DNA of 64,000 bases from a virus (taxonomy: Duplodnaviria > Heunggongvirae > Uroviricota > Caudoviricetes). Positions 48,130 through 56,989 of the stretch are shown here, in pieces (positions within the stretch are counted from its first letter, which is position 1; each line of letters opens with the position of its first letter). The notes beneath the pieces were generated by a model. That model was not told the DNA's origin, made no database searches, and saw only the letters and a program-made list of their open reading frames with translations. The position numbers and the translations under genes were made by a program. The stretch covers positions 21,156 through 85,155 of IMG/VR virus record IMGVR_UViG_3300020048_000033; one strand, given 5' to 3'.

Positions 48130-49191
48130 ATGGCAAAAGCAAAAGCAAAAGAACCTGAACAGGAAGTTGAAATACTTAAAGATGAAGAGTTTTTCGCCAC
48201 CAATGGAGAACTTGTAAACAACCGGTATGATATTATGATTTTAGTGGAAGCTATTAACTCAAATCCAAGTGGTGACCCCGGTAATGGAGGGAAACCTCGT
48301 ATAGACCATAACGGTCGTGGAGAATGGGAGAATACTTCTTTAATTTATAAAATAAAGACAAGGATAGAAATCCTTGCAGAACAGAAAGGTTGGAAAGGTT
48401 TTAATCGCCTTGTAAAAAAAGGTAGTATTATTTCTGAGGGTTTGAAGCAATTCTCAAAATATGGCTCAGATATAAATCTTCAACAGCGCAAAGTGGTAGA
48501 TACCTTTTTTGATATAAGGATGTTCGGAGGTATGCTCAGAACAAAGGATGGAAAATCTTCTACTCCAGAGGACAAAACTTCCGAAATTAAAAAAGAAGAT
48601 TCTGGTAAAAAAACTGTAGAAAAGGGTGGACAGGGTTGCGGTACCTTAACTGGTTCAATCCATTTCTGCAAAGGTGTTTCTATTGATCCAGTGATTGTAA
48701 AAACTACCCGTATTACTCGGGTATGTGCTTCAAATCCTGAAAGGCTAAGAGGAATCAGAAAAGAGGATTATACTGAGATGGGTGAAAACTCTGTAGTTCA
48801 TTATGGTCTTTATCAATTTAAGGGTAGTATCGATCCTATTCAGTCCCAAAAAAGCTTTTTTACTAAAAAAGATTGCAAAATCTTTTTTAGAAGTTGTGCC
48901 TCTTTTACAAAGCACGATGCAAGTTCTATTAGAGGGGAGCTTAATATTCGTAGAGTTATTATCTGGAAACATGATAGTATCTTAGGTAGTACTCCTAAAA
49001 ATCAGAACTTTAATAGACTTAAAATTGCCCTCAAGGATGGAATTGATTCTCCTGAAAAGTATGAGGACTATAATATAGCTCTCGATCTTGAGAACCTTAG
49101 CCCCCATCTTAGTGTCATTGATATCAATGATAAAGAGATTGCGGAAGCTTGGGATGATGAAACTCTTGACTTTGATAAAAACTTTATGTAA
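48130..49191 (+). CDS. cas7c: Cas7c (Csd2) backbone subunit, type I-C
   Basis: NRYDIMILVEAINSNPSGDPGNGGKPRIDH matches the Cas7/Csd2 N-terminal glycine-rich signature. 353 aa. Confidence 0.85.
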   Translation: MAKAKAKEPEQEVEILKDEEFFATNGELVNNRYDIMILVEAINSNPSGDPGNGGKPRIDHNGRGEWENTSLIYKIKTRIEILAEQKGWKGFNRLVKKGSIISEGLKQFSKYGSDINLQQRKVVDTFFDIRMFGGMLRTKDGKSSTPEDKTSEIKKEDSGKKTVEKGGQGCGTLTGSIHFCKGVSIDPVIVKTTRITRVCASNPERLRGIRKEDYTEMGENSVVHYGLYQFKGSIDPIQSQKSFFTKKDCKIFFRSCASFTKHDASSIRGELNIRRVIIWKHDSILGSTPKNQNFNRLKIALKDGIDSPEKYEDYNIALDLENLSPHLSVIDINDKEIAEAWDDETLDFDKNFM

Positions 49192-49203
49192 CTTTTTGAG
49201 TAA

Positions 49204-49256
49204 ATTGGAGTTATTTTTATTAAGTGCGAACCTACTGTTACCAGAAAATCCCTTGG
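49204..49256 (+). promoter_or_regulatory. leader-region stem-loop (GTGCGAACC...GGTTCGCAC) between cas7c and the array
   Basis: 9-bp inverted repeat. A second GAGGTTCGCACTAAG copy lies 70 nt downstream. Could be the cas-operon terminator/attenuator or a leader structure. Confidence 0.3.
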
Positions 49257-49367
49257 AGGTTCGCACTCCTTGCCCTGTATAGACTTAGGTGATTTTATAT
49301 TAAAAAACTTGGTTACAAACTATCATAATTCTGAGGTTCGCACTAAGTATAGGGTAAGTCTATATCA

Positions 49368-49389
49368 TGTAAGGGTTTATATATTAGTA
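49368..49389 (+). promoter_or_regulatory. array promoter-like element (AAGGGTTTATATATTAGTA) abutting repeat 1
   Basis: Same GGTT(A/T)ATATA..TTAGTA motif that precedes every variant-repeat unit. Confidence 0.4.
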
Positions 49390-50956
49390 GTCACTCCCCG
49401 TGCGGGGGTGTGGATTGAAACTTTTGAGGTAGCACTGACAGAACCAATTAGAGATGTCACTCCCCGTGCGGGGGTGTGGATTGAAACCTTGCTAATACAT
49501 TCAACTTTTCAACATCAAGTGTGTCACTCCCCGTGCGGGGGTGTGGATTGAAACAAGCTGTCCAACTTTGCCCTCATCCTTTGTTGGTCGTCACTCCCCG
49601 TGCGGGGGTGTGGATTGAAACTTGGGTGGTATTGGTTCAGCAATCGGCGCTTTGTGTCACTCCCCGTGCGGGGTGTGGATTGAAACTAAAAAGAAATGGA
49701 AAACCCGTTGACACCACAGAGTCACTCCCCGTGCGGGGGTGTGGATTGAAACTTTCAGGAACAAGACCCACAAGGTACGATTGGAAAAGTCACTCCCCGT
49801 GCGGGGGTGTGGATTGAAACTAACTCTCACCTTTTTTCAGCCGGTTTCACAATTGGTCACTCCCCGTGCGGGGTGTGGATTGAAACTCATACAGTGTTGC
49901 TCTGGTTGCACCTCTACACACAGTCACTCCCCGTGCGGGGGTGTGGATTGAAACAAGGAACTGAAAAATGACTTTCGAGATTTGAGGGCGTCACTCCCCG
50001 TGCGGGGGTGTGGATTGAAACCTTGGGGCAAAGTATTTCCCTTGTAGCGATTGAAAGTCACTCCCCGTGCGGGGGTGTGGATTGAAACGTGTATCACTCG
50101 AAAGTACAACATGGTTGTGTAAGTCACTCCCCGTGCGGGGGTGTGGATTGAAACTGAAATGGGTGGACTCGGGGAAATACTCACTAAAGTCACTCCCCGT
50201 GCGGGGGTGTGGATTGAAACGAGTAAGTAGCAGGACAGGGGTTTTCTTTTGTGTAAGTCACTCCCCGTGCGGGGGGTGTGGATTGAAACGAGTTTGACAC
50301 CGACCTAGTTACCCTTGAACTCACGTCACTCCCCGTGCGGGGGTGTGGATTGAAACAACTCGAATCCCCGTTTGTATTTGGATTTTAGCAAGTCACTCCC
50401 CGTGCGGGAGTGTGGATTGAAACTACTCAGTTGATGGACTCTATTGGCAAGGTACTCGTCACTCCCCGTGCGGGAGTGTGAGAGCTGAGTAATAAAACTA
50501 AGTGTTAATATAATATTAGTACTGGTCTTCCTAATTTTGGAAGTGGATTGAAACCCTTTAAGTTCCCCATGCATCATACAAATAAACATGTCACTCCCCG
50601 TGCGGGGGTGTGGATTGAAACCACTACAAAGACGGGCGAGTCAGACAGAATCCGGTGTCACTCCCCGTGCGGGGGTGTGGATTGAAACTAAGTAGTTATT
50701 GGATTCCGCTTAGAATCATTAATGTCACTCTCCGTGCGGGAGTGTGGATTGAAACCGAATATCAGGTATGGATATCATCGAGGCATTAGTGTCACTCCCC
50801 GTGCGGGGGTGGGGATTGAAACCAAGCCGTTGTTCAAGCTTTGCAGGATTCCAAGGTGTCACTCCCCGTGCGGGAGGTGTGGATTGAAACATGACTGGTT
50901 TAGCTGTAATTAATGGGTCGAAGAGTCACTCCCCGTGCGGGAGTGTGGATTGAAAT
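49390..50956 (+). CRISPR. type I-C CRISPR array, 23 repeats (GTCACTCCCCGTGCGGGGGTGTGGATTGAAAC, 31-33 nt) and 22 spacers of 33-36 nt; repeat 17 (50448-50554) interrupted by a 73-bp promoter + variant-repeat insertion
   Basis: Repeat starts at 49390, 49456, 49523, 49590, 49656, 49721, 49789, 49856, 49923, 49990, 50057, 50123, 50189, 50257, 50325, 50392, 50448 (split), 50590, 50657, 50724, 50791, 50858, 50925. Terminal ATTGAAAC is typical of I-C repeats. Distal repeats accumulate variants (GGGAGTG, CTCCG, TGGGG, terminal GAAAT). Confidence 0.9.
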
Positions 50957-50992
50957 GTAATATCAGAGGATAGTCTGTAATATTTTCTTAAT

Positions 50993-51020
50993 CACCACAA
51001 TCCTCTTGGGATTGTGGTGA
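50993..51020 (+). terminator. perfect 10-bp stem-loop (CACCACAATC-ctcttgg-GATTGTGGTG) after the last array repeat
   Basis: Inverted repeat seen directly in the sequence. No strong T-tract follows. Confidence 0.3.
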
Positions 51021-51054
51021 AGATGTGTAAGTGAAATTAAAATTAGGGTTAATA

Positions 51055-51420
51055 TAATATCAGTATTGGTCTTCTAGAAATTAGAAGTGGATTGAAACAG
51101 TACACAAGTCTACAAGAGTCTATTCTTCATTGTCACTTCCCGTGCGGAAGTGTGGAATTAAAATTAGTATTAATATAATATTAGTACTGGTCTTCCAGAA
51201 TTTGGAAGTGGATTGAAACGAGGCAAATACTCAACTTATATCTGGGACTGTGCGTCACTCCCAGTGGTGGAGTGTGGATTGAAACGATGCCATGGTCAAC
51301 AAAATGGATTTAGACCTGAGTCACTCCCCCCGTGAGGGAGTGTGGATTTTAATACGATATAATGAATCAGATAGGGTGCTAATGATAAGTCACTCCCGTG
51401 CGGGAGTGACGTTAATCAAA
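51055..51420 (+). CRISPR. two degenerate mini-arrays, each starting with a promoter-like element and a variant repeat, followed by spacers and decayed canonical repeats
   Basis: Unit A: promoter TTAGGGTTAATATAATATCAGTA, variant repeat at 51078-51108, spacer, degenerate repeat GTCACTTCCCGTGCGGAAGTGTGGAATTAAAAT at 51142-51174. Unit B: promoter TTAGTATTAATATAATATTAGTA, variant repeat at 51189-51219, then degenerate repeats at 51254, 51320 and 51389. Confidence 0.65.
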
Positions 51421-51462
51421 GCAATTCACATTAGGGTTAATATAGTTTTATAGGAGTACATA

Positions 51463-51789
51463 ATGGAAGGTTACTTAGGTGATAAATTAATTCCGGTCGC
51501 ACAGACCCCCTATGCAGGATATTCAAAAGAAGACTGGATATTATACTGGATAGGAAGTTATGGTCAAATAGATGGAAGTCACCACAAACAGTGGTTGATA
51601 GACCAAGTGGCTCAAATTTGTAATGGCGTAGAAATAATTATTAAGCAAGCATCTTGGTCGAATGGGCAAACCGAATGGAGAATTTCATTGGGTGATGAAA
51701 ATGACCCCTATAAAAAATGGGTTCATCAGATGAAGGTTAATGAAGACGGTGAAGAAGAATATGATTATGATACAGGGGTAGCACCATAA
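51463..51789 (+). CDS. hypothetical protein
   Basis: 108-aa ORF preceded by a TTAGGGTTAATATAG motif. Confidence 0.35.
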   Translation: MEGYLGDKLIPVAQTPYAGYSKEDWILYWIGSYGQIDGSHHKQWLIDQVAQICNGVEIIIKQASWSNGQTEWRISLGDENDPYKKWVHQMKVNEDGEEEYDYDTGVAP

Positions 51790-51978
51790 ATGGAACAATT
51801 ATCAATTGATGTAAGATATGATTTGGAACATATGGAAGTCACCCTAAGTATTTCAGATTGGCAGAAGTTATTAAAGGCTTTTGAAACTCATAATCCTGTG
51901 ATACAGAATTGGGAAAATAACTCTCCACAAATTCTAGAAGAGTTTAAACAAAAAGTAACTCTTAATTCCACTTGTTAG
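51790..51978 (+). CDS. hypothetical protein
   Basis: Short ORF coupled to the upstream gene. Confidence 0.3.
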   Translation: MEQLSIDVRYDLEHMEVTLSISDWQKLLKAFETHNPVIQNWENNSPQILEEFKQKVTLNSTC

Positions 51979-51989
51979 AAGGATGAGAC

Positions 51990-52169
51990 ATGGCAAAAAT
52001 AGGAATAATTGAAAATTGCGATTGCTGTAATAATTTTGATAATTCATATTGGGGTTATGAGGAAAAATGTAAATTACTTAACCGAAGAATACCTCAGAAA
52101 AATTTAGGTAATCCTCATGATATTCCAAGCGACTGTCCACTTGAAGATGCTCCAAAAGTAAAGGAATAG
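51990..52169 (+). CDS. small zinc-ribbon protein (paralog of 52173-52340; both end in DAPKVKE)
   Basis: Not in the supplied ORF track (59 aa). MAKIGIIENCDCCNNF...SDCPLEDAPKVKE. Confidence 0.3.
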   Translation: MAKIGIIENCDCCNNFDNSYWGYEEKCKLLNRRIPQKNLGNPHDIPSDCPLEDAPKVKE

Positions 52170-52172
52170 AAA

Positions 52173-52340
52173 ATGTCAAGTTATAGAAAACCTACAGAAT
52201 ATGTATGCCCTGAATGTGGCATCAAAAATATGGATGATACTTGTGATGGATTTTTCGAGTGTGATGAATGTGGAAATATTATTTCTGCACCAGACAATTT
52301 CCAACTACAAGTTCAAGATGCCCCAAAAGTAAAGGAATAA
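52173..52340 (+). CDS. small zinc-ribbon protein (paralog of 51990-52169)
   Basis: 55 aa. MSSYRKPTEYVCPECG...CDECGN...QDAPKVKE. Confidence 0.3.
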   Translation: MSSYRKPTEYVCPECGIKNMDDTCDGFFECDECGNIISAPDNFQLQVQDAPKVKE

Positions 52341-52343
52341 TAG

Positions 52344-52664
52344 ATGAAAGGTTTTGTGAGTTTAACCCAATTAGCAATTGCATTTGGAAAGTATATTATA
52401 GGATACAGACCGGATGATGATGGTTGGAGTCCTGAAGATCAAGAAGCACATGATTTTGTTTTGTACGATAGAGTATATGATTTTGAGGAAAAACCTTCTG
52501 TAGAAAAACGTCTTAGAGATTATCAAATTGACAGTATAAGAATTAGTGAGGATGGTTTTAATCTGAATGGTCCGTACACCTGCTCATTTTTTGGAAAAAC
52601 TATTGAGGATGCATTAGAGACTGTTGATAGGGAATTGAAAAATGCGAAAAATAAAAAAGCCTAA
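52344..52664 (+). CDS. hypothetical protein
   Basis: 106-aa ORF. Confidence 0.35.
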   Translation: MKGFVSLTQLAIAFGKYIIGYRPDDDGWSPEDQEAHDFVLYDRVYDFEEKPSVEKRLRDYQIDSIRISEDGFNLNGPYTCSFFGKTIEDALETVDRELKNAKNKKA

Positions 52665-52887
52665 AATTGGTGAGTATGTACTTGTTACAAAATACTCTGA
52701 CAAAGACCCAAATGACAGATGGTACGTATCGACGATAGAGTCTATTACTACAACCATTTCTGGGACTACCTGCCGAGTAGATGGTTCCAAACTCGATTGG
52801 AAACATATTTATCGAATCTCAAAAGAAGAGGGTGAAGCATGGTTGAAACTCAATGGATATATACAGCTTAGAAGTGAAGCTTATTGA
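52642..52887 (+). CDS. hypothetical protein
   Basis: 81-aa ORF overlapping the upstream gene end. Confidence 0.3.
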   Translation: MRKIKKPKIGEYVLVTKYSDKDPNDRWYVSTIESITTTISGTTCRVDGSKLDWKHIYRISKEEGEAWLKLNGYIQLRSEAY

Positions 52888-53097
52888 GGACGCATTGGAC
52901 ACAGCAGATAGGGAGTTAAATAATGGCAAAGTTTAAGGTTGATGTAGAAAAGATGACTGAATCACAAGTTAGGGAGACGCTTCAAGAGATTATCAAGGAA
53001 CTTGATACACTCGACGGAGAAGATTTTTTTGGAACCGAGGGATGGAAACATTTCATGGGTTTTGAGGACTAGGAATTGTTGAAACTCTGGGGGATAT

Positions 53098-53373
53098 ATG
53101 CTTGAGTTTTTAAAAAAGAAAAAGAAAATTATACCTGTGAGAAGTGGAGCCTATTGTAGATGTAGTATATGCACTCATGTAGGATATGCGTATGGCATTG
53201 CTTCAAGTGAAGTAGGGGTGAGTCATCCAAGTTGCGCTGTATGTGGATTTAACATGGGACTTGTTCAAATTCAACCCTTTCAAGAGTGTACATGCAAATC
53301 CTGCAAGTTGAAAAAGAAACTTAGGGTTAATATAAGTATCTGTCTTCCAGAAATTGGAAGTGGATTGAAATGA
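53098..53373 (+). CDS. hypothetical Cys-rich protein (3' end runs into a solitary repeat unit; boundary uncertain)
   Basis: Multiple CxxC pairs. The ORF stop lies inside the variant repeat at 53343-53371. Confidence 0.2.
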   Translation: MLEFLKKKKKIIPVRSGAYCRCSICTHVGYAYGIASSEVGVSHPSCAVCGFNMGLVQIQPFQECTCKSCKLKKKLRVNISICLPEIGSGLK

Positions 53374-53476
53374 TAGAGCAAGAAGAACTTGGGCAGAAGA
53401 ATTAATGAACAAGGATATTGTGGTTGCACATTATTAATGAACGTGAGTCACTCCTGTGCGGGAGTGAGGGTTGAAA
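53322..53476 (+). repeat. solitary mini-array: promoter-like TTAGGGTTAATATAAGTATCT + variant repeat (53343-53371) + 74-nt spacer-like segment + degenerate canonical repeat (53446-53476, GTCACTCCTGTGCGGGAGTGAGGGTTGAAAT)
   Basis: Direct sequence match to the array repeat 5'-handle and hairpin. Confidence 0.55.
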
Positions 53477-53588
53477 TAGCACAGCGACTGGACAGTAAAG
53501 AAACTGGACCGGCACAAACCAATCTGATGCTCCTTACAAAAAATGTAACCGTCTGTCCCGAGTATGTTAGATTAAAAGGAATTACCGT

Positions 53589-54056
53589 ATGAGTAAAGGA
53601 AGTAGTAGAGAATCTACACTAGAGCATAAGCGTATTGTTGTAGAGTTGATGACATCAGTTGTTACAGAATTGTTGCAACGTGCCTTGGTACATGACAATA
53701 CAAAAATGGAAGATCCAGAACTATCTTTGTTTGATGAGTTCACTCCGAAACTGGCGAATTGTACATATGGGTCAGACACTTACAATTCCTTTCTTGAAGG
53801 ATTAAAACCTGCGTTAGACCATCATTATGCAAGGTATCGTCATCATCCAAATCATTTTAAACGTGGATGCAAAGATATGAACTTAATTGATATCATGGAA
53901 ATGCTGGTGGATTGGAAAGCGGCTACCCTTCGTCACAATGATGGGAATCTTCTAAAGAGTCTTGAGTTCAATAGAACAAGATTTGAGTTAGAGGAAGTAA
54001 CTCTTTATGATATTTTATGTAATACTTCGGAATTATTTGAAAAACACAATACTTGA
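53589..54056 (+). CDS. hypothetical protein (His-rich, possible metal-dependent hydrolase)
   Basis: HDNTKMEDPE ... DHHYARYRHHPNHF. Family not confidently recognised. Confidence 0.35.
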   Translation: MSKGSSRESTLEHKRIVVELMTSVVTELLQRALVHDNTKMEDPELSLFDEFTPKLANCTYGSDTYNSFLEGLKPALDHHYARYRHHPNHFKRGCKDMNLIDIMEMLVDWKAATLRHNDGNLLKSLEFNRTRFELEEVTLYDILCNTSELFEKHNT

Positions 54057-54090
54057 AAAAAGTTTGTTAATATAATAGTGAGGAGACAAC

Positions 54091-54309
54091 ATGAAAGAAA
54101 CTTTGACAACCATTGATAATTTTAAGTCTAAGCATATTGGAAATCTTGAAGTAAGTTTTTTAGTTACCAAGGAAAATACAAGTATACGAATTGTGCACTT
54201 GGCTACTGGTGATATAGTAAATAAAAGTTTCACCAAAGAATCTATCAATACAGGAAGTATAAACGTTATTCAAGTATGGTTTGATGAGATTGAAAAAAAG
54301 TTGGAATAG
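54091..54309 (+). CDS. hypothetical protein
   Basis: 72-aa ORF preceded by a GTTAATATAAT motif. Confidence 0.3.
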   Translation: MKETLTTIDNFKSKHIGNLEVSFLVTKENTSIRIVHLATGDIVNKSFTKESINTGSINVIQVWFDEIEKKLE

Positions 54310-54508
54310 ATTAATGGGGATGACGTAGGGTTCGATCTTAAGTGAAGTAACAGGATGCAAATGCACTAGAAAAAACGTCTTGAGTAGCTTAAGAGACTCG
54401 GGGGCAGTTCCCGACATCTCCAAATAGGGTATGATGAAAATTGTCAGATAAAAACTGATGTGGTAAACATGGAACGCAAAACGTGCTCCGTCATTAATAA
54501 TAAAACTT

Positions 54509-54556
54509 AAGGTAATATTAGTACGGGTCTTCCAAAAATTGGAAGTGGATTGAAAT
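54509..54556 (+). repeat. solitary variant CRISPR repeat unit with promoter-like lead-in (TAAGGTAATATTAGTA + GGTCTTCCAAAAATTGGAAGTGGATTGAAAT)
   Basis: Same hairpin/handle architecture as the variant repeats in the mini-arrays. No downstream repeat. Confidence 0.5.
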
Positions 54557-54658
54557 AATGATAATAATACCCATGAAATTGAATGGTATAGACATCACAA
54601 ACTGTATCTTGAAAATTTAAAACTTAAGATGACAAATACTAAAGAAGAGGAATGACAA

Positions 54659-55150
54659 ATGACCCGAGATGAAATACTTGCTAAAAAGTGTGATGAGAAG
54701 TATGAAGATTTGATAAAGGTAAACTCAGCAACCTGCTGGGTAGTAGATACAAATAGAATAGAAATTAAAGAATATGCAGTAATGGGGTATGGAAGAACCT
54801 GTGTAGGAATAACCACCTCAACTAGTTCTGTTTCCAATAAGGTAACAGAGTCAAAAGTGTATGAATATCTTTTTACTGTTATTTCACTGGAAGAAGAAAC
54901 CTTTGGTCTTGAGAGTTTTGTTAGCTACGATAAAATTTTTCTCAATAAGAAATTTGCACTTATTCAATTACTGAATTCAATGATAGCAAATCTTACGTAT
55001 GAATCAAACTCAGATAAATTGTCAATTCTAACTAAGATAGGACATAGTAAACTTAACGTACTTGATGAACTTAGAGAGATTGACGACTTTGATAAAGAAG
55101 GGTTTGATACCTATTTTTATGAAAAATTAAATATAATAGAAACTGTATAA
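54659..55150 (+). CDS. hypothetical protein
   Basis: 163-aa ORF. Confidence 0.4.
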   Translation: MTRDEILAKKCDEKYEDLIKVNSATCWVVDTNRIEIKEYAVMGYGRTCVGITTSTSSVSNKVTESKVYEYLFTVISLEEETFGLESFVSYDKIFLNKKFALIQLLNSMIANLTYESNSDKLSILTKIGHSKLNVLDELREIDDFDKEGFDTYFYEKLNIIETV

Positions 55151-55168
55151 CATACAAGGAATAAAAAA

Positions 55169-55480
55169 ATGAAACAAATAAGCTATTCACAGTTCGAGAG
55201 TTATTTTCAGGTAATATTTGATTATCGTCAGAGGTCTACTGAAATTTCTGATGCAGTACATATTCTTTTTGGGAATACGAGTACAGGGTTTAATGAGAGT
55301 GCTGACAAACTCTGTGATGCACACGTGGATCTTATACAGGATTACCTTGATATTAAAACTCCAGAAATACTTTCATGGTTCATCTATGAAAATGACATTG
55401 GGTATAATGAGCTTTCTCTGAATGATATTGAGATAACTTGCCTTGAAGACCTTTATAATTATTTGGTAAAAAATGACTAA
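55169..55480 (+). CDS. hypothetical protein
   Basis: 103-aa ORF. Confidence 0.35.
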   Translation: MKQISYSQFESYFQVIFDYRQRSTEISDAVHILFGNTSTGFNESADKLCDAHVDLIQDYLDIKTPEILSWFIYENDIGYNELSLNDIEITCLEDLYNYLVKND

Positions 55481-55907
55481 CAAGCCTCTACCCCCTTATG
55501 GAACTATTCATGTAGAATCTGTCTTCGGAGACTATATTCTTTCCCCTCCACCGTGTGATAGGGATTCACCTTTTAATAAAAAGTTATCTTCCATTAAAAG
55601 TGCAGTTAGGAAGAAACTTTATATAGAAGAAGTCATGTTATTGTCAGAAGAAGATAGGTATAAGCTATGTTCCTCCTCAAAGCGAGACTTGTGTGAAAAC
55701 TCAGTAGTTATCTTTGAGGAAAACGGTAAGAAGATACTTGGAAGAATTATGACTGATACAGAGGTGGGAATAATATTTCCCGATTTTGATAATACTGCTC
55801 TTTTAAATTATGAGTATGTAGAAAGTCTTTTATGTAATCAGCATCGTTTTATGATTGAGAGTAAGTTGGTAACTAAGTTGGGAGATTATGATGAGTTCTT
55901 CAAATGA
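55473..55907 (+). CDS. hypothetical protein
   Basis: 144-aa ORF. Confidence 0.4.
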   Translation: MTNKPLPPYGTIHVESVFGDYILSPPPCDRDSPFNKKLSSIKSAVRKKLYIEEVMLLSEEDRYKLCSSSKRDLCENSVVIFEENGKKILGRIMTDTEVGIIFPDFDNTALLNYEYVESLLCNQHRFMIESKLVTKLGDYDEFFK

Positions 55908-56217
55908 GTTTTCTGTAGGAAGTACCTGCCATTTTTTTAAGAATGATGAAATACATATTTCTGTTGGGTTTTATTCTGGAACTATATTTTCAATAAAAAC
56001 TTTAAGTTTTGAGATAAAGTTGGAAGATGGAACTATAGTTGAGGAGTATCAGGAATATTGCTTTCACTCGTTTGATGAAGCTAAAGAGGGTTTGAAAAAA
56101 GCCTACACTGAGATTCATTCTGGTTATATCGAGAGTGCAAGAAAAAATTATGAGTCTGAAATAAATGATTTGAAAAGAGTCTTAGCCATTGTTGAAAATG
56201 TGAAAGACCTTGCTTAA
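55888..56217 (+). CDS. hypothetical protein
   Basis: 109-aa ORF. Confidence 0.35.
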   Translation: MMSSSNEFSVGSTCHFFKNDEIHISVGFYSGTIFSIKTLSFEIKLEDGTIVEEYQEYCFHSFDEAKEGLKKAYTEIHSGYIESARKNYESEINDLKRVLAIVENVKDLA

Positions 56218-56230
56218 AATAATTCGTTAG

Positions 56231-56272
56231 AAAGTTTTGAACTTTTCCTGAAAATCCTATATATTATATAAG
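56231..56272 (+). promoter_or_regulatory. class A promoter-like motif, copy 6
   Basis: AATTCGTTAGAAAGTTTTGAACTTTTCCTGAAAATCCTATATATTATATA. Confidence 0.5.
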
Positions 56273-56340
56273 TAAGATAATGCATGTAGTTGTATCAATT
56301 TTACAAAATCAAATTATAGTACAAATAGGAAGGTCTCAGG

Positions 56341-56973
56341 ATGGCAAAACGGGAAGTTAGTTTAATTGGTATGAAAGAGTATATTGATAATGGTGCATTC
56401 AACTCCCAGATGACCCGAGTAATAAAAGCTCTCTCACCGGAGTTTAATAAAGTGTTGAAAGGAAGTCTCCATTCTAGGGGGAAATCCGGTGCGATATATT
56501 TTCACAATTACGCATCTGGAATTCTATTAAAAACTTTTTCCAACCTTTCTCTTAAACAAAAAAAGAAAACCTCAAAAACTGAATTGTTCCTCAATGATGG
56601 AAATAAACAGTATTTGATTCGATTTCATTTTTCAGATAATTGTGTAGGCAGTCCTAATGTAGGCTCTCCTAATGAGGTTATAGGAAATATGGATACGGGA
56701 TTCTGTGATGATTATTTTCATATTTTCATGAATGGATTTGAAAATGATAAAATACTGGAATGCGCTGGTACCACCCTAACCGCCTTGGCGAAAAGCGGAT
56801 TAATTCGATATCCAAATAGCTTGACATCAAATCAATATCAGTTAATTAAATCCAAAGATATAGACAATGTTCGTAAGGTAAAAGCACAGGTTTCTAAAAA
56901 TAAAGTTAATATGTTATTAGGTCTTCTTCCTGATAGAAAAGTTCTTGAAATCAGGGAAAACATGGGGATTTAA
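56341..56973 (+). CDS. hypothetical protein
   Basis: 210-aa ORF. Confidence 0.4.
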   Translation: MAKREVSLIGMKEYIDNGAFNSQMTRVIKALSPEFNKVLKGSLHSRGKSGAIYFHNYASGILLKTFSNLSLKQKKKTSKTELFLNDGNKQYLIRFHFSDNCVGSPNVGSPNEVIGNMDTGFCDDYFHIFMNGFENDKILECAGTTLTALAKSGLIRYPNSLTSNQYQLIKSKDIDNVRKVKAQVSKNKVNMLLGLLPDRKVLEIRENMGI

Positions 56974-56989
56974 AGGTTCGTGGATGTGA

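Noticed and set aside
49270-50913. Eight ORFs of 63-98 aa in the ORF track with repetitive VTPRAGVWIET / SLPVRGCGLK peptides
   Set aside because: They are translations of the CRISPR repeat in different frames and on both strands. They are not genes.
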